Below are positions 17,239 through 26,122 of a stretch of DNA of 64,000 nt, one piece after another. This DNA is from an uncultured Candidatus Binatia bacterium. Its GTDB lineage: Bacteria > Desulfobacterota > Binatia > DP-6. The position numbers and the translations under genes were made by a program. Location: positions 3,279-67,278 of the forward strand of contig CAZUDO010000063.1 of assembly GCA_964618895.1 (NCBI GenBank), given 5' to 3'. Below the pieces are notes generated by a model. The model saw only the letters and a list, made by a program, of their open reading frames with translations, ran no database searches and was not told where the DNA came from. The number at the start of each line of letters is the position of its first letter. The stretch's first letter is position 1.

Positions 17239-17997
17239 TGCGGCCCGGTGGCCACCGGCACGCCGTGCTACGACGATCTGAACCCGTGCACGACCGACGC
17301 GTGCGACGCCGCCGGCATCTGTGCCCATCCGCCGGCGGGGGCCGGCCTGCCCTGCCTCGACGACGCCAACGCCTGTACCACCGACGTGTGCGACGCAGCG
17401 GGCGTCTGCACCCACCCGGCCCTGCCCGACGCCGACGGCGACGGCCTGTGCGACGCGCTCGACGAATGCCCGCAGGGCGTCGCGCTAACGTCCGCGCGCG
17501 TCAAGATCGGCCGCTTCAGCACCGGGCCGGGAGACGACCGCCTCGCCGTCCGCGGCCAGCTGACGCTGCCCGTGCCGATCACGCCGCCGATCGATCCCGT
17601 GAGTCACGGCGTACGCCTGCTGATCCGCGACGCCGCCGGCGGCTCGGCCGGTGGCGCCTTTCTCGACGTGACCGTGCCCGCGGGCGCCTATTCGGAGAGC
17701 ACCGGAACCGGATGGGCGGTGAAGGGCGGCAGCCGGTTCCTGTTCCGCTCGCCGCAACCGGTGGGCGGGGCGGTACGGGCGGTACGCCTGCAGCTCCCGC
17801 CGACGATTCCGGGACGGGTGCGGGTGGCGATCACCGGCACGGAGGGGAGCTTCGTCTCCGGGGTGTTCGCTCTGCCCCCACGGGTCACCGTGCTGCTCGA
17901 CCCCCCGGCGACGCCGTCGGTACAGTGCGCCGAAGCCACCTCCGCCGCAGCGCAGCGCATCTATCAGGCGGGCGCGACCACCATCGTCTGTCGGTAA
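17239..17997 (+). pseudogene. 5'-truncated secreted protein: Cys-rich 'DxNxCTxDxC' repeats, a DxDGDG Ca-binding motif and a C-terminal beta domain
   Basis: 'CYDDLNPCTTDACDAAGICAH' and 'CLDDANACTTDVCDAAGVCTH'; 'DADGDGLCDALDEC'; no start or signal peptide in frame. Confidence 0.7.
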
Positions 17998-17999
17998 CG

Positions 18000-18590
18000 T
18001 CAGCGGCCCTCTGCCGCACCGACGTACCAGAGCGCGTTCGAGCCGTACTCCCGCAGCGTCGGAGCCACGTCGTCCGGGAACTCCTCCGCCCGTAGCAACC
18101 GGCGCGGCACGTGCAGCACCAGCCGCCCATCGGCCGCGAGCCGGTCGTGCACCAGTGCGCGCAGCGCCGCGAACACGGCGACACGCGCGCGCGCGTCTTC
18201 GACCAGCGCGTACGGCGGGTCCACGAACACGAGGTCGTAGCGCGCGTCGCGACCGATCAACGCCCCGCCCTGCCAGCTCGCCGGCGCCAGCGCATCGCCG
18301 CACACCACCTCCGCCTGCTCGCCCACGCCGAGCGCCGCCACGTTGGCGCGGAGATGGGTCAGCGCCGCCGGCTCACGCTCCACCAGGCGCGCGGCGCGGG
18401 CGCCGCGGGACAGTGCCTCCAGGCCGAGCGATCCCGAGCCGGCGAACAGATCCAGCACCACCGCATCGGCCGTCCAGGGCGCGAGGGTCGCGAACAGCGC
18501 CTCGCGCACGCGGTCGAGCATCGGGCGGGTGGCACGACCCGCGGGCGCGCCGATGCGCCGCCCGCGGTGGCGGCCGGCGACGATGCGCAT
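18000..18590 (-). CDS. rsmD: 16S rRNA (guanine966-N2)-methyltransferase
   Basis: 'MRIVAGRHRGR', 'VLDLFAGSGSLGLEALSRGA', 'VFVDPPY'. Confidence 0.93.
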   Translation of the reverse strand: MRIVAGRHRGRRIGAPAGRATRPMLDRVREALFATLAPWTADAVVLDLFAGSGSLGLEALSRGARAARLVEREPAALTHLRANVAALGVGEQAEVVCGDALAPASWQGGALIGRDARYDLVFVDPPYALVEDARARVAVFAALRALVHDRLAADGRLVLHVPRRLLRAEEFPDDVAPTLREYGSNALWYVGAAEGR

Positions 18591-18594
18591 CGAC

Positions 18595-19860
18595 TCAGCC
18601 GGCCTGCAGCTTCGCGAGCACGTCGGCCGACGCCTTCACCCGGAACACCGCGGCGTCGGCCTCGGCGCGCTCCTCGAGCACCTGGCAGGCGGCGAAGATG
18701 GCGCCGCGCAGCTGCTGGCGGTCCCAGGGCACGCGCAGCTCGGTCTCCACCAGGTCGCGCGTGAAGAACGCCGCCAGCGCCGTGTGCAGGCGCGCCACGT
18801 CGGCCGGGCGCTTGGCCGAGACCACCAGCGCATCCGGCCACTCGGCCCGCAGGCGCGCCGTGACCTCCGCCTGCGCGGCCTCGTCGCCGACGCGGTCGAT
18901 CTTGTTGAACACCAGCAGCCGCGGCACGTCGCCGGCGCCGATCTCGTCGAGCACCTCGGCGGTGACCGCCAGTTGGCGCGCGAAGCCGGGGTCGGAGGCG
19001 TCCACGAGGTGCGCCAGCAGCGACGCTTCCAGCGCCTCGGCCAGCGTGCTCTTGAACGACGTCACCAGGCCGTGCGGCAGCTTCTTGATGAAGCCGACGG
19101 TGTCCGACACCAGGATGCGCGGCCGCGTCTCGGGCACCAGCGTCCGCACCGTGGTCTCGAGCGTAGCGAAGAGCTTGTCGGCGACGTACACGTCGCTGCC
19201 GGTCAGGGCGCGCATGAGCGTCGACTTGCCAGCGTTGGTGTAGCCCACGAGCGCCACCCGGGCGAGTTCCTGGCGGCGCGCGCGCTGCGTGCGACGGTCG
19301 TCTTCCAGGGTCGCCAGCTCGGCGGTCAGCTCGGCGATGCGGTCGCGGATCTTCCGCCGGTCGAGCTCGACACCCGACTCGCCGGCGCCCTTGCCGCCGA
19401 TGCCGCCGCGCTGGCGGTCGCGGCCCTTGCCCTGCTCGCGGAGCCGCGGCGCCATGTACTGCAGGCGGACGATCTCTACCTGCACCCGGGCCGCGCGCGA
19501 GCGGGCGTGGCGGTGGAAGATCTCCAGGATGACGGCGGTGCGGTCCATCACCACCGCGCCGGTCTCGCGCTCGAGGTTCCGGGCCTGCGAGGGGGTGATC
19601 TCGTGGTCGACCAGGATGGTGTCCACCGTGCCCCCGGCGACCAGCGCCTTCAGCTCCCCGACCTTGCCCGAGCCGAGGTACGTGCCCGGGTCGAACGCCT
19701 GGCGTCGTTGGGTGTGCGTGCCGGCGACGGCGAGGCCGAGCGTCTTCGCCAGCCGGCGCAGCTCGGCCAGTGACTCGGCAAACTCGGCGTCGTCGACCTC
19801 GGGCCGCTGGACGGCGACCAGCACGGCGCTGTGGATGGGGGTGGGTTCGACGTCGTGCAT
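18595..19860 (-). CDS. hflX: GTPase HflX
   Basis: G1 'GYTNAGKS', 'DKLFATL', G3 'DTVG', G4 'NKID'. Confidence 0.95.
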   Translation of the reverse strand: MHDVEPTPIHSAVLVAVQRPEVDDAEFAESLAELRRLAKTLGLAVAGTHTQRRQAFDPGTYLGSGKVGELKALVAGGTVDTILVDHEITPSQARNLERETGAVVMDRTAVILEIFHRHARSRAARVQVEIVRLQYMAPRLREQGKGRDRQRGGIGGKGAGESGVELDRRKIRDRIAELTAELATLEDDRRTQRARRQELARVALVGYTNAGKSTLMRALTGSDVYVADKLFATLETTVRTLVPETRPRILVSDTVGFIKKLPHGLVTSFKSTLAEALEASLLAHLVDASDPGFARQLAVTAEVLDEIGAGDVPRLLVFNKIDRVGDEAAQAEVTARLRAEWPDALVVSAKRPADVARLHTALAAFFTRDLVETELRVPWDRQQLRGAIFAACQVLEERAEADAAVFRVKASADVLAKLQAG

Positions 19861-19935
19861 GGGCAACCGCGCTCCTGCGGGCCGGCACTATACTGGACCG
19901 TGCCGGGGAACGCTCACGGGGTGCTACAAGGGCAC

Positions 19936-20439
19936 GTGCACGATTGGCGACTGCCGCGCCAGCTCGAGGCCGACGCCCGCGCCGGTGCCATCCGGGCCGT
20001 CCTGGCGGAGCGCACGCGGACGCTCTGGCCGGGCGGCACCCTCCAGGTCCCCGTGCTGGCGCTGTCCGCACCGCTCGTGGCCGCGCTCCGCGCCGCTATG
20101 GGGCGCAGCCGGCTCCATCGTGGCCTCGAGGCGGCCGTCGCCGCCCTCGACGCCGAGCGCCGGGGACTCGCCGTCACGGCCCGGCGGTCGGGGCGCGTCG
20201 CCGGCGAGCGCATCTCGCGCCTCTGCCTGGTCGCCGACGACGGCGCGGAGCGCTTCTACCGGCAGGTGGAGCGCTGCCTCGCCGACAACGCCCCGCGGAT
20301 CGCGGGCTGCCTGCTCACGGTCGACAGCACCACGCTCGGGACCACGCTCTACGGCCGGGACGCGGCGGTGAAGCTGGTGCTCGTCGACCACAAGGACGCG
20401 GTGGTGGACGTGCTGCGGTCGCTGGCGGACACGGGGTGA
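19936..20439 (+). CDS. Hypothetical protein with a probable L7Ae/L30e-like RNA-binding fold
   Basis: 'GLEAAVAAL...RLCLVADDG.ERF...VDSTTLG..LYGRDAAVKLVLVDH'; TATACT at 19889-19894 upstream. Start uncertain (19900 or 19936). Confidence 0.65.
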   Translation: MHDWRLPRQLEADARAGAIRAVLAERTRTLWPGGTLQVPVLALSAPLVAALRAAMGRSRLHRGLEAAVAALDAERRGLAVTARRSGRVAGERISRLCLVADDGAERFYRQVERCLADNAPRIAGCLLTVDSTTLGTTLYGRDAAVKLVLVDHKDAVVDVLRSLADTG

Positions 20440-22348
20440 CCCGGCCCGCCGGGGCGCGTCGCAACGGCGCTCTGGCGCGCAGCGCGTCGAGGCGGCTGCG
20501 CAACGCGTCCTGGACGCCGGCCGTGGTCGGGTCGCTCGCCCGGTTGTCGAGTTCGTAGGGGTCGTTCACCAGATCGTAGAGCTCGACCACGCCGGCGGTG
20601 TTCGGGTACGTGATGTACTTCCACTGCTCGGTCCGCACGCCCGCGTAGCTGGTCACGTCGGGATAGGTGTGTTCGAGCAGCAGATCGGTCCGCCACGCGA
20701 CCGGCTCGTCCTGCAGGAGCGGCACCAGGCTGCGCCCCTGCACGGAGGTCGGGATGGGGAGCCCGGCCAGCTGGGCGATGGTGGGCGCCAGGTCGATGTT
20801 CATGGCGAGGGCCGGCTCGTCCCGTACCGTGCGCACGACCCGTGGCCAGCGCACGACGAGCGGGATGCGAATGCTCTCTTCGTAGGCGGGCCCCTTGCTC
20901 CAGAAGTACCGGTGCTCGCCCCAGAAGTGACCGTTGTCCGACAGGAAGATGACCACCGTGTCGTCGCTCACGCCGCTCACCTCGAGCGCCGACATGATGC
21001 TGTCGACCGCCTCGTCCACGGCCAGGAGGGTCGTGATCTGGCGGGTGCCGATGACGTCGGACCAGCCACCATAGGTGAGGAACCCCTGCAACACATCCCA
21101 CGCGCGCGGAAGCTCCTGGATCCAGGTGGGCTTGTCCGCCACGTCCGCCTCGTTCCAGCTGGGCGCCCGCACGGCCGGGGGTGGTCCCACCGCCGCCAGG
21201 TGACGGGGCGCCGGGATCGGCGGCCCACCGCCTTCCTGGTGCGGGCCCTGCAGTCCGACGAGCAGGAAGAACGGCTGGCCGCGAGCGGCCAAAATGAAGT
21301 CCACCGCCTTCGCAGCGAGCACGTCCGTCGAATAGTCCGTCGCCGCGGTGCCGTAGCTGACCAGCGTCCCCTGCTCGACCAGCTGGTAATCGTAGTAGCG
21401 GGGAAGGACGAAGCCGTGCCACTCGTCCCACCCGGGGGGTACGTAGCAGCCCGTGCCGGTCGGCGGGCACTGCGGCAGGTAGTGGTTGCCGTACTTGCCG
21501 TACATGCCGGTCCGGTATCCCGCGGCCCGCAACCCGGTGGCGAGCGTCGGCCGGGATCCCGCCACGAACGGGATGCCGCCGCCGTTCGGCAGGTTGTTCA
21601 GCACGCGGTGCCGGTGCGCGTACTGCCCGGTCAAGATGCTCGCCCGCGCCGGCGCGCACGTCGGCGTGGGCGCGAAGGCGTTCGAGAAGGTCACGCCCTG
21701 CGCGCCGAGCCGGTCGAGCACGTGCGGCATGCCGGACAACGTGTCCCAGCGTTGGTCGTCGCTCAGGATGATGACGACGTTCGGACGCCCGCTGTCCCGA
21801 CACGCCAACGCCACGAAAGGACTCGGCCGGCACTCGCTGATCACGTCGACCAACGCTCGCGTCGCCACCGTGAGCTGGACGGTCACCGGACCCTCCGGCG
21901 GGCCGTCGTCCGTCGCCGGAAACTCCAGCCGCCGCATCCGCACGCGCAGCCGGGCCGCCCCGGAGGCGCCGGCGGGGGCGAGCACGGCGAGCACGGTGCG
22001 CGCCGGATTCGCGCACACGATGCGGAGCCCGTTCCGAACGCAGCCCTCGAGCACGGCCTGCGCGCGGAACACCCCGGCATCGCGCACCTGGAGCGATACG
22101 CTACCCGCCAGCAGCGCCTGCTCCGCCCCGACCACCTCGTCGGCCCGCACCGTGGTGCTGAGCGAGACGTACCCCGTCGCAACGGCGGTGACGCCTGCCG
22201 GGCGCAGCAGGACGCGTATCACGTCGAACGGTCGGGCGGCCCCCGCGGGGGAGCCCGTCGCCCAGACGATCACGCCGGCGAGGGCCGGAAGCCCCCGCAC
22301 GACGCGCCAGCCCGCGCCGCGCGTCAGACCCCTGGCAATCGACGGCAT
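20315..22348 (-). CDS. Secreted formylglycine-dependent sulfatase with an extra N-terminal beta domain
   Basis: 'PNVVIILSDDQR', 'CAPARAS' (CxPxR), 'GMYGKY', 'FLSDNG', 'YEESIRIP', 'ELYDL..DPYE'. Confidence 0.9.
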   Translation of the reverse strand: MPSIARGLTRGAGWRVVRGLPALAGVIVWATGSPAGAARPFDVIRVLLRPAGVTAVATGYVSLSTTVRADEVVGAEQALLAGSVSLQVRDAGVFRAQAVLEGCVRNGLRIVCANPARTVLAVLAPAGASGAARLRVRMRRLEFPATDDGPPEGPVTVQLTVATRALVDVISECRPSPFVALACRDSGRPNVVIILSDDQRWDTLSGMPHVLDRLGAQGVTFSNAFAPTPTCAPARASILTGQYAHRHRVLNNLPNGGGIPFVAGSRPTLATGLRAAGYRTGMYGKYGNHYLPQCPPTGTGCYVPPGWDEWHGFVLPRYYDYQLVEQGTLVSYGTAATDYSTDVLAAKAVDFILAARGQPFFLLVGLQGPHQEGGGPPIPAPRHLAAVGPPPAVRAPSWNEADVADKPTWIQELPRAWDVLQGFLTYGGWSDVIGTRQITTLLAVDEAVDSIMSALEVSGVSDDTVVIFLSDNGHFWGEHRYFWSKGPAYEESIRIPLVVRWPRVVRTVRDEPALAMNIDLAPTIAQLAGLPIPTSVQGRSLVPLLQDEPVAWRTDLLLEHTYPDVTSYAGVRTEQWKYITYPNTAGVVELYDLVNDPYELDNRASDPTTAGVQDALRSRLDALRARAPLRRAPAGRVTPCPPATAARPPPRPCGRRAPASPPRPGRRAWSRAWCCRP

Positions 22349-22563
22349 CCCGCCTGTCCTGCGCGAGCACTATGCGAGAGGCGGGACCACGTCAAGTGCT
22401 TTCAAGCATGAGGGTGTAGAAAGCACACTTGTTTCCGCCGCGGCCCGCTAGCCGAGCACGCTCCGTACCAGCACGTCGCTCGACGTCCCCAGCGCCAGCG
22501 CCGCCCCGATGGGGCTTGCCTCCGGCCGCTCACCTCTGCCACAAGGCGCACGCACGCCTGCGG

Positions 22564-22659
22564 GGAGAAGGATGGGGCCCGGTGGCCCCACCGGTCTTCA
22601 AAACCGCGTTGTCCCTCCTTGCGGGGGACGGAAGGTTCGACTCCTTCCCTTCTCCGCCA
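22564..22659 (+). tRNA. selC: tRNA-Sec (UCA)
   Basis: 8-bp acceptor GGAGAAGG/CCTTCTCC, 6-bp D stem GGGGCC/GGCCCC, anticodon loop CTTCAAA, long variable arm, 5-bp T stem GAAGG/CCTTC with loop TTCGACT, encoded G-CCA. Confidence 0.97.
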
Positions 22660-22677
22660 AAACCCCATGTCCAGCCT

Positions 22678-22950
22678 GTGCAAGCATTTGACAGCCAGTT
22701 TCAGGCTGCGCTTGCGGATGGAACGTTCTCCTGGCTGGCTGACGATGTACGTACCGCGCTTGAGGAAGCCTGTATGGCGATGCGGAGAGGGAACGCTCTG
22801 CTGGACATAGTGCTGAACGCCCCCGACATTAACCAGCGACGCAGCGCCCAGCCGCGAGCCCACCAGGCGTTCAAAGAGGTCGGTGAGAAGATTCAGGCCG
22901 CACAGACCCTATTGCGAAGACTCCTTGATAGTGATGCGGCTCGCGGCTAG
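22678..22950 (+). CDS. Hypothetical helical protein
   Basis: Non-shadow amino-acid composition ('DDVRTALEEACMAMRRGNALLDIVL...EKIQAAQTLLRRLL'); start uncertain. Confidence 0.4.
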   Translation: MQAFDSQFQAALADGTFSWLADDVRTALEEACMAMRRGNALLDIVLNAPDINQRRSAQPRAHQAFKEVGEKIQAAQTLLRRLLDSDAARG

Positions 22951-22973
22951 CGGCTCCCCCGCGAAGGCCGTCA

Positions 22974-23105
22974 ATGCACGGGCATTGCCTACGGGGTGAC
23001 GGGTATTCTCCCCTCGCCGCCGAGGTCGAGGTGGACAGCATCCCTGAACTCCTGGATGAGATCGCGCGGCTGCGCGGCATGCTGATCGAGGCCGAGGCGC
23101 CTTGA
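22974..23105 (+). CDS. Small ORF or remnant with a phage-like 'IPELLDEIARLR' motif
   Basis: MHGHCLRGDGYSPLAAEVEVDSIPELLDEIARLRGMLIEAEAP*, translated by hand. Confidence 0.3.
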   Translation: MHGHCLRGDGYSPLAAEVEVDSIPELLDEIARLRGMLIEAEAP

Positions 23106-23157
23106 ACGACCTTCCCGGCGTGCGGTAGACGCCGTAGTACTCGTCGCGGATGGCTAC

Positions 23158-23790
23158 ATGAGTCCCATGCCGGAGCCTGAGACGATCCGGTTCAGCGGTG
23201 AAGTCCTGGCGGTCAAGGCGCGCATCCGCCTGATCCGCTCCTTCGATCAAGTCTCGCACCAGTATCAGGGCTACACCCTCGTCCTTCGAGACGACGAGGC
23301 GCCAGAGACCGTGCGGCGGATCGCCATCGGACCGGGCGCTCACGCGAAGCATCAGTTCCGCATCGGGGACCGGGTCTCGGGCAACGCGCATCGCGTGCCC
23401 GATCCCGCGACGGAGTGGGCCGAGTTCTATCGCGTCAGCGGGCTCCGACTGGAGCGACGGGGGCCGGAGGCTCAGCAGCGACCGCCCGACCCCGAGGGTG
23501 GAATCGCCGTACCCCTGGAGGTCTATCGCGCGAACGGGCATCGGCGCCTCGATGCCAAGACGTGCGCCGAGCAGTGTGCCCGGTGTCCGTGGGGGCTCAC
23601 GATGGCGACCGAGATCATCCTCGACCAGTGGAACCCGTCCAAGACGAAGTGGCGGTTCGAGACGCACTGCTACGGGCCACGCGGCTGTCCTCGCTACAAG
23701 GCCGGCCCACCCCGGAGAGTCCCAGGCCGGAAGCCAGGCATGGTCTGGATTGACGATGATGTCGAGCGCGAGGAGCGTGACTGCGGGTAG
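23158..23790 (+). CDS. Hypothetical protein (OB-like N-terminal half, Cys-motif C-terminal half)
   Basis: 'RIRLIRSFDQVSHQYQGY', 'HAKHQFRIGDRVSG', 'CARCPWG', 'CYGPRGC'. Confidence 0.75.
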   Translation: MSPMPEPETIRFSGEVLAVKARIRLIRSFDQVSHQYQGYTLVLRDDEAPETVRRIAIGPGAHAKHQFRIGDRVSGNAHRVPDPATEWAEFYRVSGLRLERRGPEAQQRPPDPEGGIAVPLEVYRANGHRRLDAKTCAEQCARCPWGLTMATEIILDQWNPSKTKWRFETHCYGPRGCPRYKAGPPRRVPGRKPGMVWIDDDVEREERDCG

Positions 23791-24064
23791 CGCTCGTCGC
23801 TCACCAGGCGACGGCTGACCGTCATGGCTTCTCCTAGCCTCGGTGCTTGCCTTCTGGGCTGTCCCCCGTCGCGCGCAGGTCGGCTCGGTGGACAAAGCCC
23901 GGCGGTCGCCAGCCGGCTGACAACACTCGGTGCAGGTCGGAATGCTCTTGCCGCAGTGGGCACACACCGTGCGGAGTACAGGATTACCTTCGGCTCGGAA
24001 CTTCGATCCCTTCTGGGCCATCGCCCTCACCAAGACTGGGCGCGGTCCAGCCAGTCGCTGTGAC

Positions 24065-24373
24065 CTACACCTCGACCTCTACGTCCGGTCCCTGCACGCG
24101 GACCGGGTAGCTCGCGACGCCGCGCGGCGCGGGTGCGCCCAGCACCGCGCCGGTCTTGATGTTGTAGACGGCCCCGTGCCACGGGCACGTGACCTCCTCG
24201 CCCGACACCTCGCCCTCAGAGAGCGGACCGCCACGGTGCGTGCAGGTGTCGTCGATGGCGTGGAAGCTCCCCTCCAGGTTGAAGAGGGCGATCTTTTTCC
24301 CCGCCACCTCGACGCACTTCGCCGCGCCTGGAGCGAGGTCGGCGGTGCTTGCGACCTTGATGAACTGCGCCAT
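24065..24373 (-). CDS. Rieske [2Fe-2S] ferredoxin (dioxygenase ferredoxin/NirD-like)
   Basis: 'CTH' and 'CPWH' ligands; SD GGAGG before ATG 24373. Confidence 0.93.
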   Translation of the reverse strand: MAQFIKVASTADLAPGAAKCVEVAGKKIALFNLEGSFHAIDDTCTHRGGPLSEGEVSGEEVTCPWHGAVYNIKTGAVLGAPAPRGVASYPVRVQGPDVEVEV

Positions 24374-24450
24374 GTGAACCTCCTCTGCGTACCGCGCGCG
24401 ATCTCTGGTACGCGACGTAAGCTCGCCCGTCCTCGCCCGGGAGCCCAGCC

Positions 24451-24804
24451 CTAGCCCGTCCAGCCCCACTTCTCCTTGTTCTGGCCGACCTGCTCCGCGC
24501 TCGGGTGCTCGATCTTCTTGTACGGGGGGACCTTGAAGTCGCTCATGTTCTCCATGACCTTGTAGTTGAGTGGCGTGTCGTCCTTGAACGCCTCGGGTAC
24601 GGCTATCTCCTCGAAGATCGCGCTCCACGGGCACTCGGGTTCGCAGGCACCGCAGTCGATGCATTCGTCGGGGTGGATGTAGAGCTGGTTCGGCCACTGG
24701 GCGCGGTCCGAACCCGTGTACTCGTAGATGCAATCCACCGGGCACACCGCCACGCAGCCCGTGTCCACGCAGTCTCTGCAGAGTCGCGTGATGATGTACG
24801 CCAT
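24451..24804 (-). CDS. fdxA: 7Fe ([3Fe-4S]/[4Fe-4S]) FdxA-type ferredoxin
   Basis: '[18 protein letters not shown]' and '[12 protein letters not shown]'. Confidence 0.9.
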   Translation of the reverse strand: MAYIITRLCRDCVDTGCVAVCPVDCIYEYTGSDRAQWPNQLYIHPDECIDCGACEPECPWSAIFEEIAVPEAFKDDTPLNYKVMENMSDFKVPPYKKIEHPSAEQVGQNKEKWGWTG

Positions 24805-24943
24805 GTCCCGATCCTACCCCCACCCCTCGGCGTCGCAACAGCCGTGCTCGCCGCACGCTCGGGCCCCATACCTTTGCGTTTGACTGCGTCGCGGCTACGG
24901 CAGGAGAATTGAAGCATCGTCCCAGCCGGGGCATGTCGCCTCT

Positions 24944-24969
24944 CTCCTCGGGCGCATCTCCCCGAGGAG
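24944..24969. other. 9-bp hairpin in the ferredoxin upstream region, with an alternative pairing partner
   Basis: CTCCTCGGG 24944-52/CCCGAGGAG 24961-69; GGGCGCATC 24950-58 can instead pair with GATGGCGCCC beginning about 24975. Confidence 0.4.
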
Positions 24970-25084
24970 GTTCGATGGCGCCCATCCCGTTCGGTCCGTC
25001 AGCCGGCCGGCGCCCGCGAGTTCGACCCCGTGCTGGCGGGCGGCAAGCGCGTGTTCGTCAATTGCCTCGGAAGGAGTAGAGGTC

Positions 25085-25312
25085 ATGGCAGCGCAACGCT
25101 ACAAGATCAAAATCACCACGACCTCGGGCTTGGTCGTCTACTGGGTCAAACGGGGTTGCGTCCATACCTTGAGCCGCGAACCGGCTGACATCTGGATCAA
25201 GAACTTCAAACCGGCGATTTTCCAGGTGACAAAGACCGGGGAACTTACGCCGCCGTCGCCGGGCGTGGAGACCTTCCCCATTGCGAGCGTGGAGATGGAG
25301 TCCGATACCTGA
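25085..25312 (+). CDS. Small hypothetical protein
   Basis: SD GGAG/GAGG before ATG; non-shadow composition. Confidence 0.55.
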   Translation: MAAQRYKIKITTTSGLVVYWVKRGCVHTLSREPADIWIKNFKPAIFQVTKTGELTPPSPGVETFPIASVEMESDT

Positions 25313-25359
25313 GGGCGATGCCGGCCGCGCTCTCGACGCGACGGGTCAGGAGGGAAGCG

Positions 25360-25602
25360 ATGACCACAGACATCGACGCAGCCCGACAGGGCTTGCTGAA
25401 ATTCATAGCCAAGAAGGGCGGCTCGATCCCGATGCGAGACCTCCACACCCATAGCCTGGTCTTTTACCAGGCTGGACATCAGGCGTTCTCGCAACTCATG
25501 GAAGGGCTCGTGGCGGACGAATACGTCACCGTCGACGACGGTGCCGGAGCGTTTCAGCTCACAGACAAGGGGCGCGCGTTTCTGGACAACCAAGGGTCCT
25601 AA
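25360..25602 (+). CDS. Small winged helix-turn-helix protein
   Basis: 'LLKFIAKKGG...FSQLMEGLVADEYV...FQLTDKGRAFL' wing motif; SD GGAGG. Confidence 0.7.
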   Translation: MTTDIDAARQGLLKFIAKKGGSIPMRDLHTHSLVFYQAGHQAFSQLMEGLVADEYVTVDDGAGAFQLTDKGRAFLDNQGS

Positions 25603-25678
25603 CCGCAGCGCGCCTCTCGGGCCGAACAGCTTCACGACCGGCAGCCGCCGTTGGTAGGCCCACTGGTAGAGGGCGGCC

Positions 25679-25716
25679 AACACCGATTGACACTCGGTGT
25701 TCTCCGCCCGTATCGT
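25679..25716 (+). promoter_or_regulatory. Sigma70 promoter TTGACA-N18-TATCGT with an 8-bp inverted repeat around the -35 box (operator candidate)
   Basis: AACACCGA (25679-86) ttgacac TCGGTGTT (25694-701); TTGACA 25687-92; TATCGT 25711-16. Confidence 0.7.
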
Positions 25717-25723
25717 TCCTGCT

Positions 25724-26122
25724 GTGACAAGGCGCAGTTCCCTTCCCGTCCTTGGCGAACTCGAGCGCGCGGTGATGGACTGTCTCTGGACGAACGGTCC
25801 AGCCGACGCGAAGGCCCTCTACCGTACGATCGGGCGGCCGCGACGGATCACGCTCAACACCGTGCAGTCCACAGTGGAGCGGCTGTACCGGAAGGGTCTG
25901 CTGGCGCGCGACAAGGTGAGCCACGCGTACGTCTATGCGCCGCGGCTCACACGTGAGGCGTTTGGTGCGCAGGTCATGCACGGACTCGTCCGGGACCTGC
26001 TCGGGGGCACACTCGAGCCCGTCCTTGCCGCGTTCGTCGACCTGACAGCACGCACCGGCGACGACGAACTCGCCCGCCTTGAACGCCTGGTGGCAGCCCG
26101 TCGGGAGCGAAGCACGCGATGA
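25724..26122 (+). CDS. BlaI/MecI/CopY family repressor
   Basis: 'LGELERAVMDCLW', 'TLNTVQSTVERLYRKGLL.R.K.SHAYVY'. Start GTG 25724 is inferred from the promoter. Confidence 0.9.
   Translation: MTRRSSLPVLGELERAVMDCLWTNGPADAKALYRTIGRPRRITLNTVQSTVERLYRKGLLARDKVSHAYVYAPRLTREAFGAQVMHGLVRDLLGGTLEPVLAAFVDLTARTGDDELARLERLVAARRERSTR

Noticed and set aside
18595-19860. HflX as an antibiotic-resistance HflXr
   Set aside because: No leader peptide or distinguishing feature visible; would need phylogeny.
20315-20440. 125-nt overlap of the sulfatase tail with the L7Ae-like gene
   Set aside because: The tail is low-complexity read-through in GC-rich DNA, not evidence of a functional overlap.
22394-22426. 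GTGCTTTC-N15-GAAAGCAC inverted repeat between the sulfatase and selC
   Set aside because: Single occurrence with no regulator or second site to support it.
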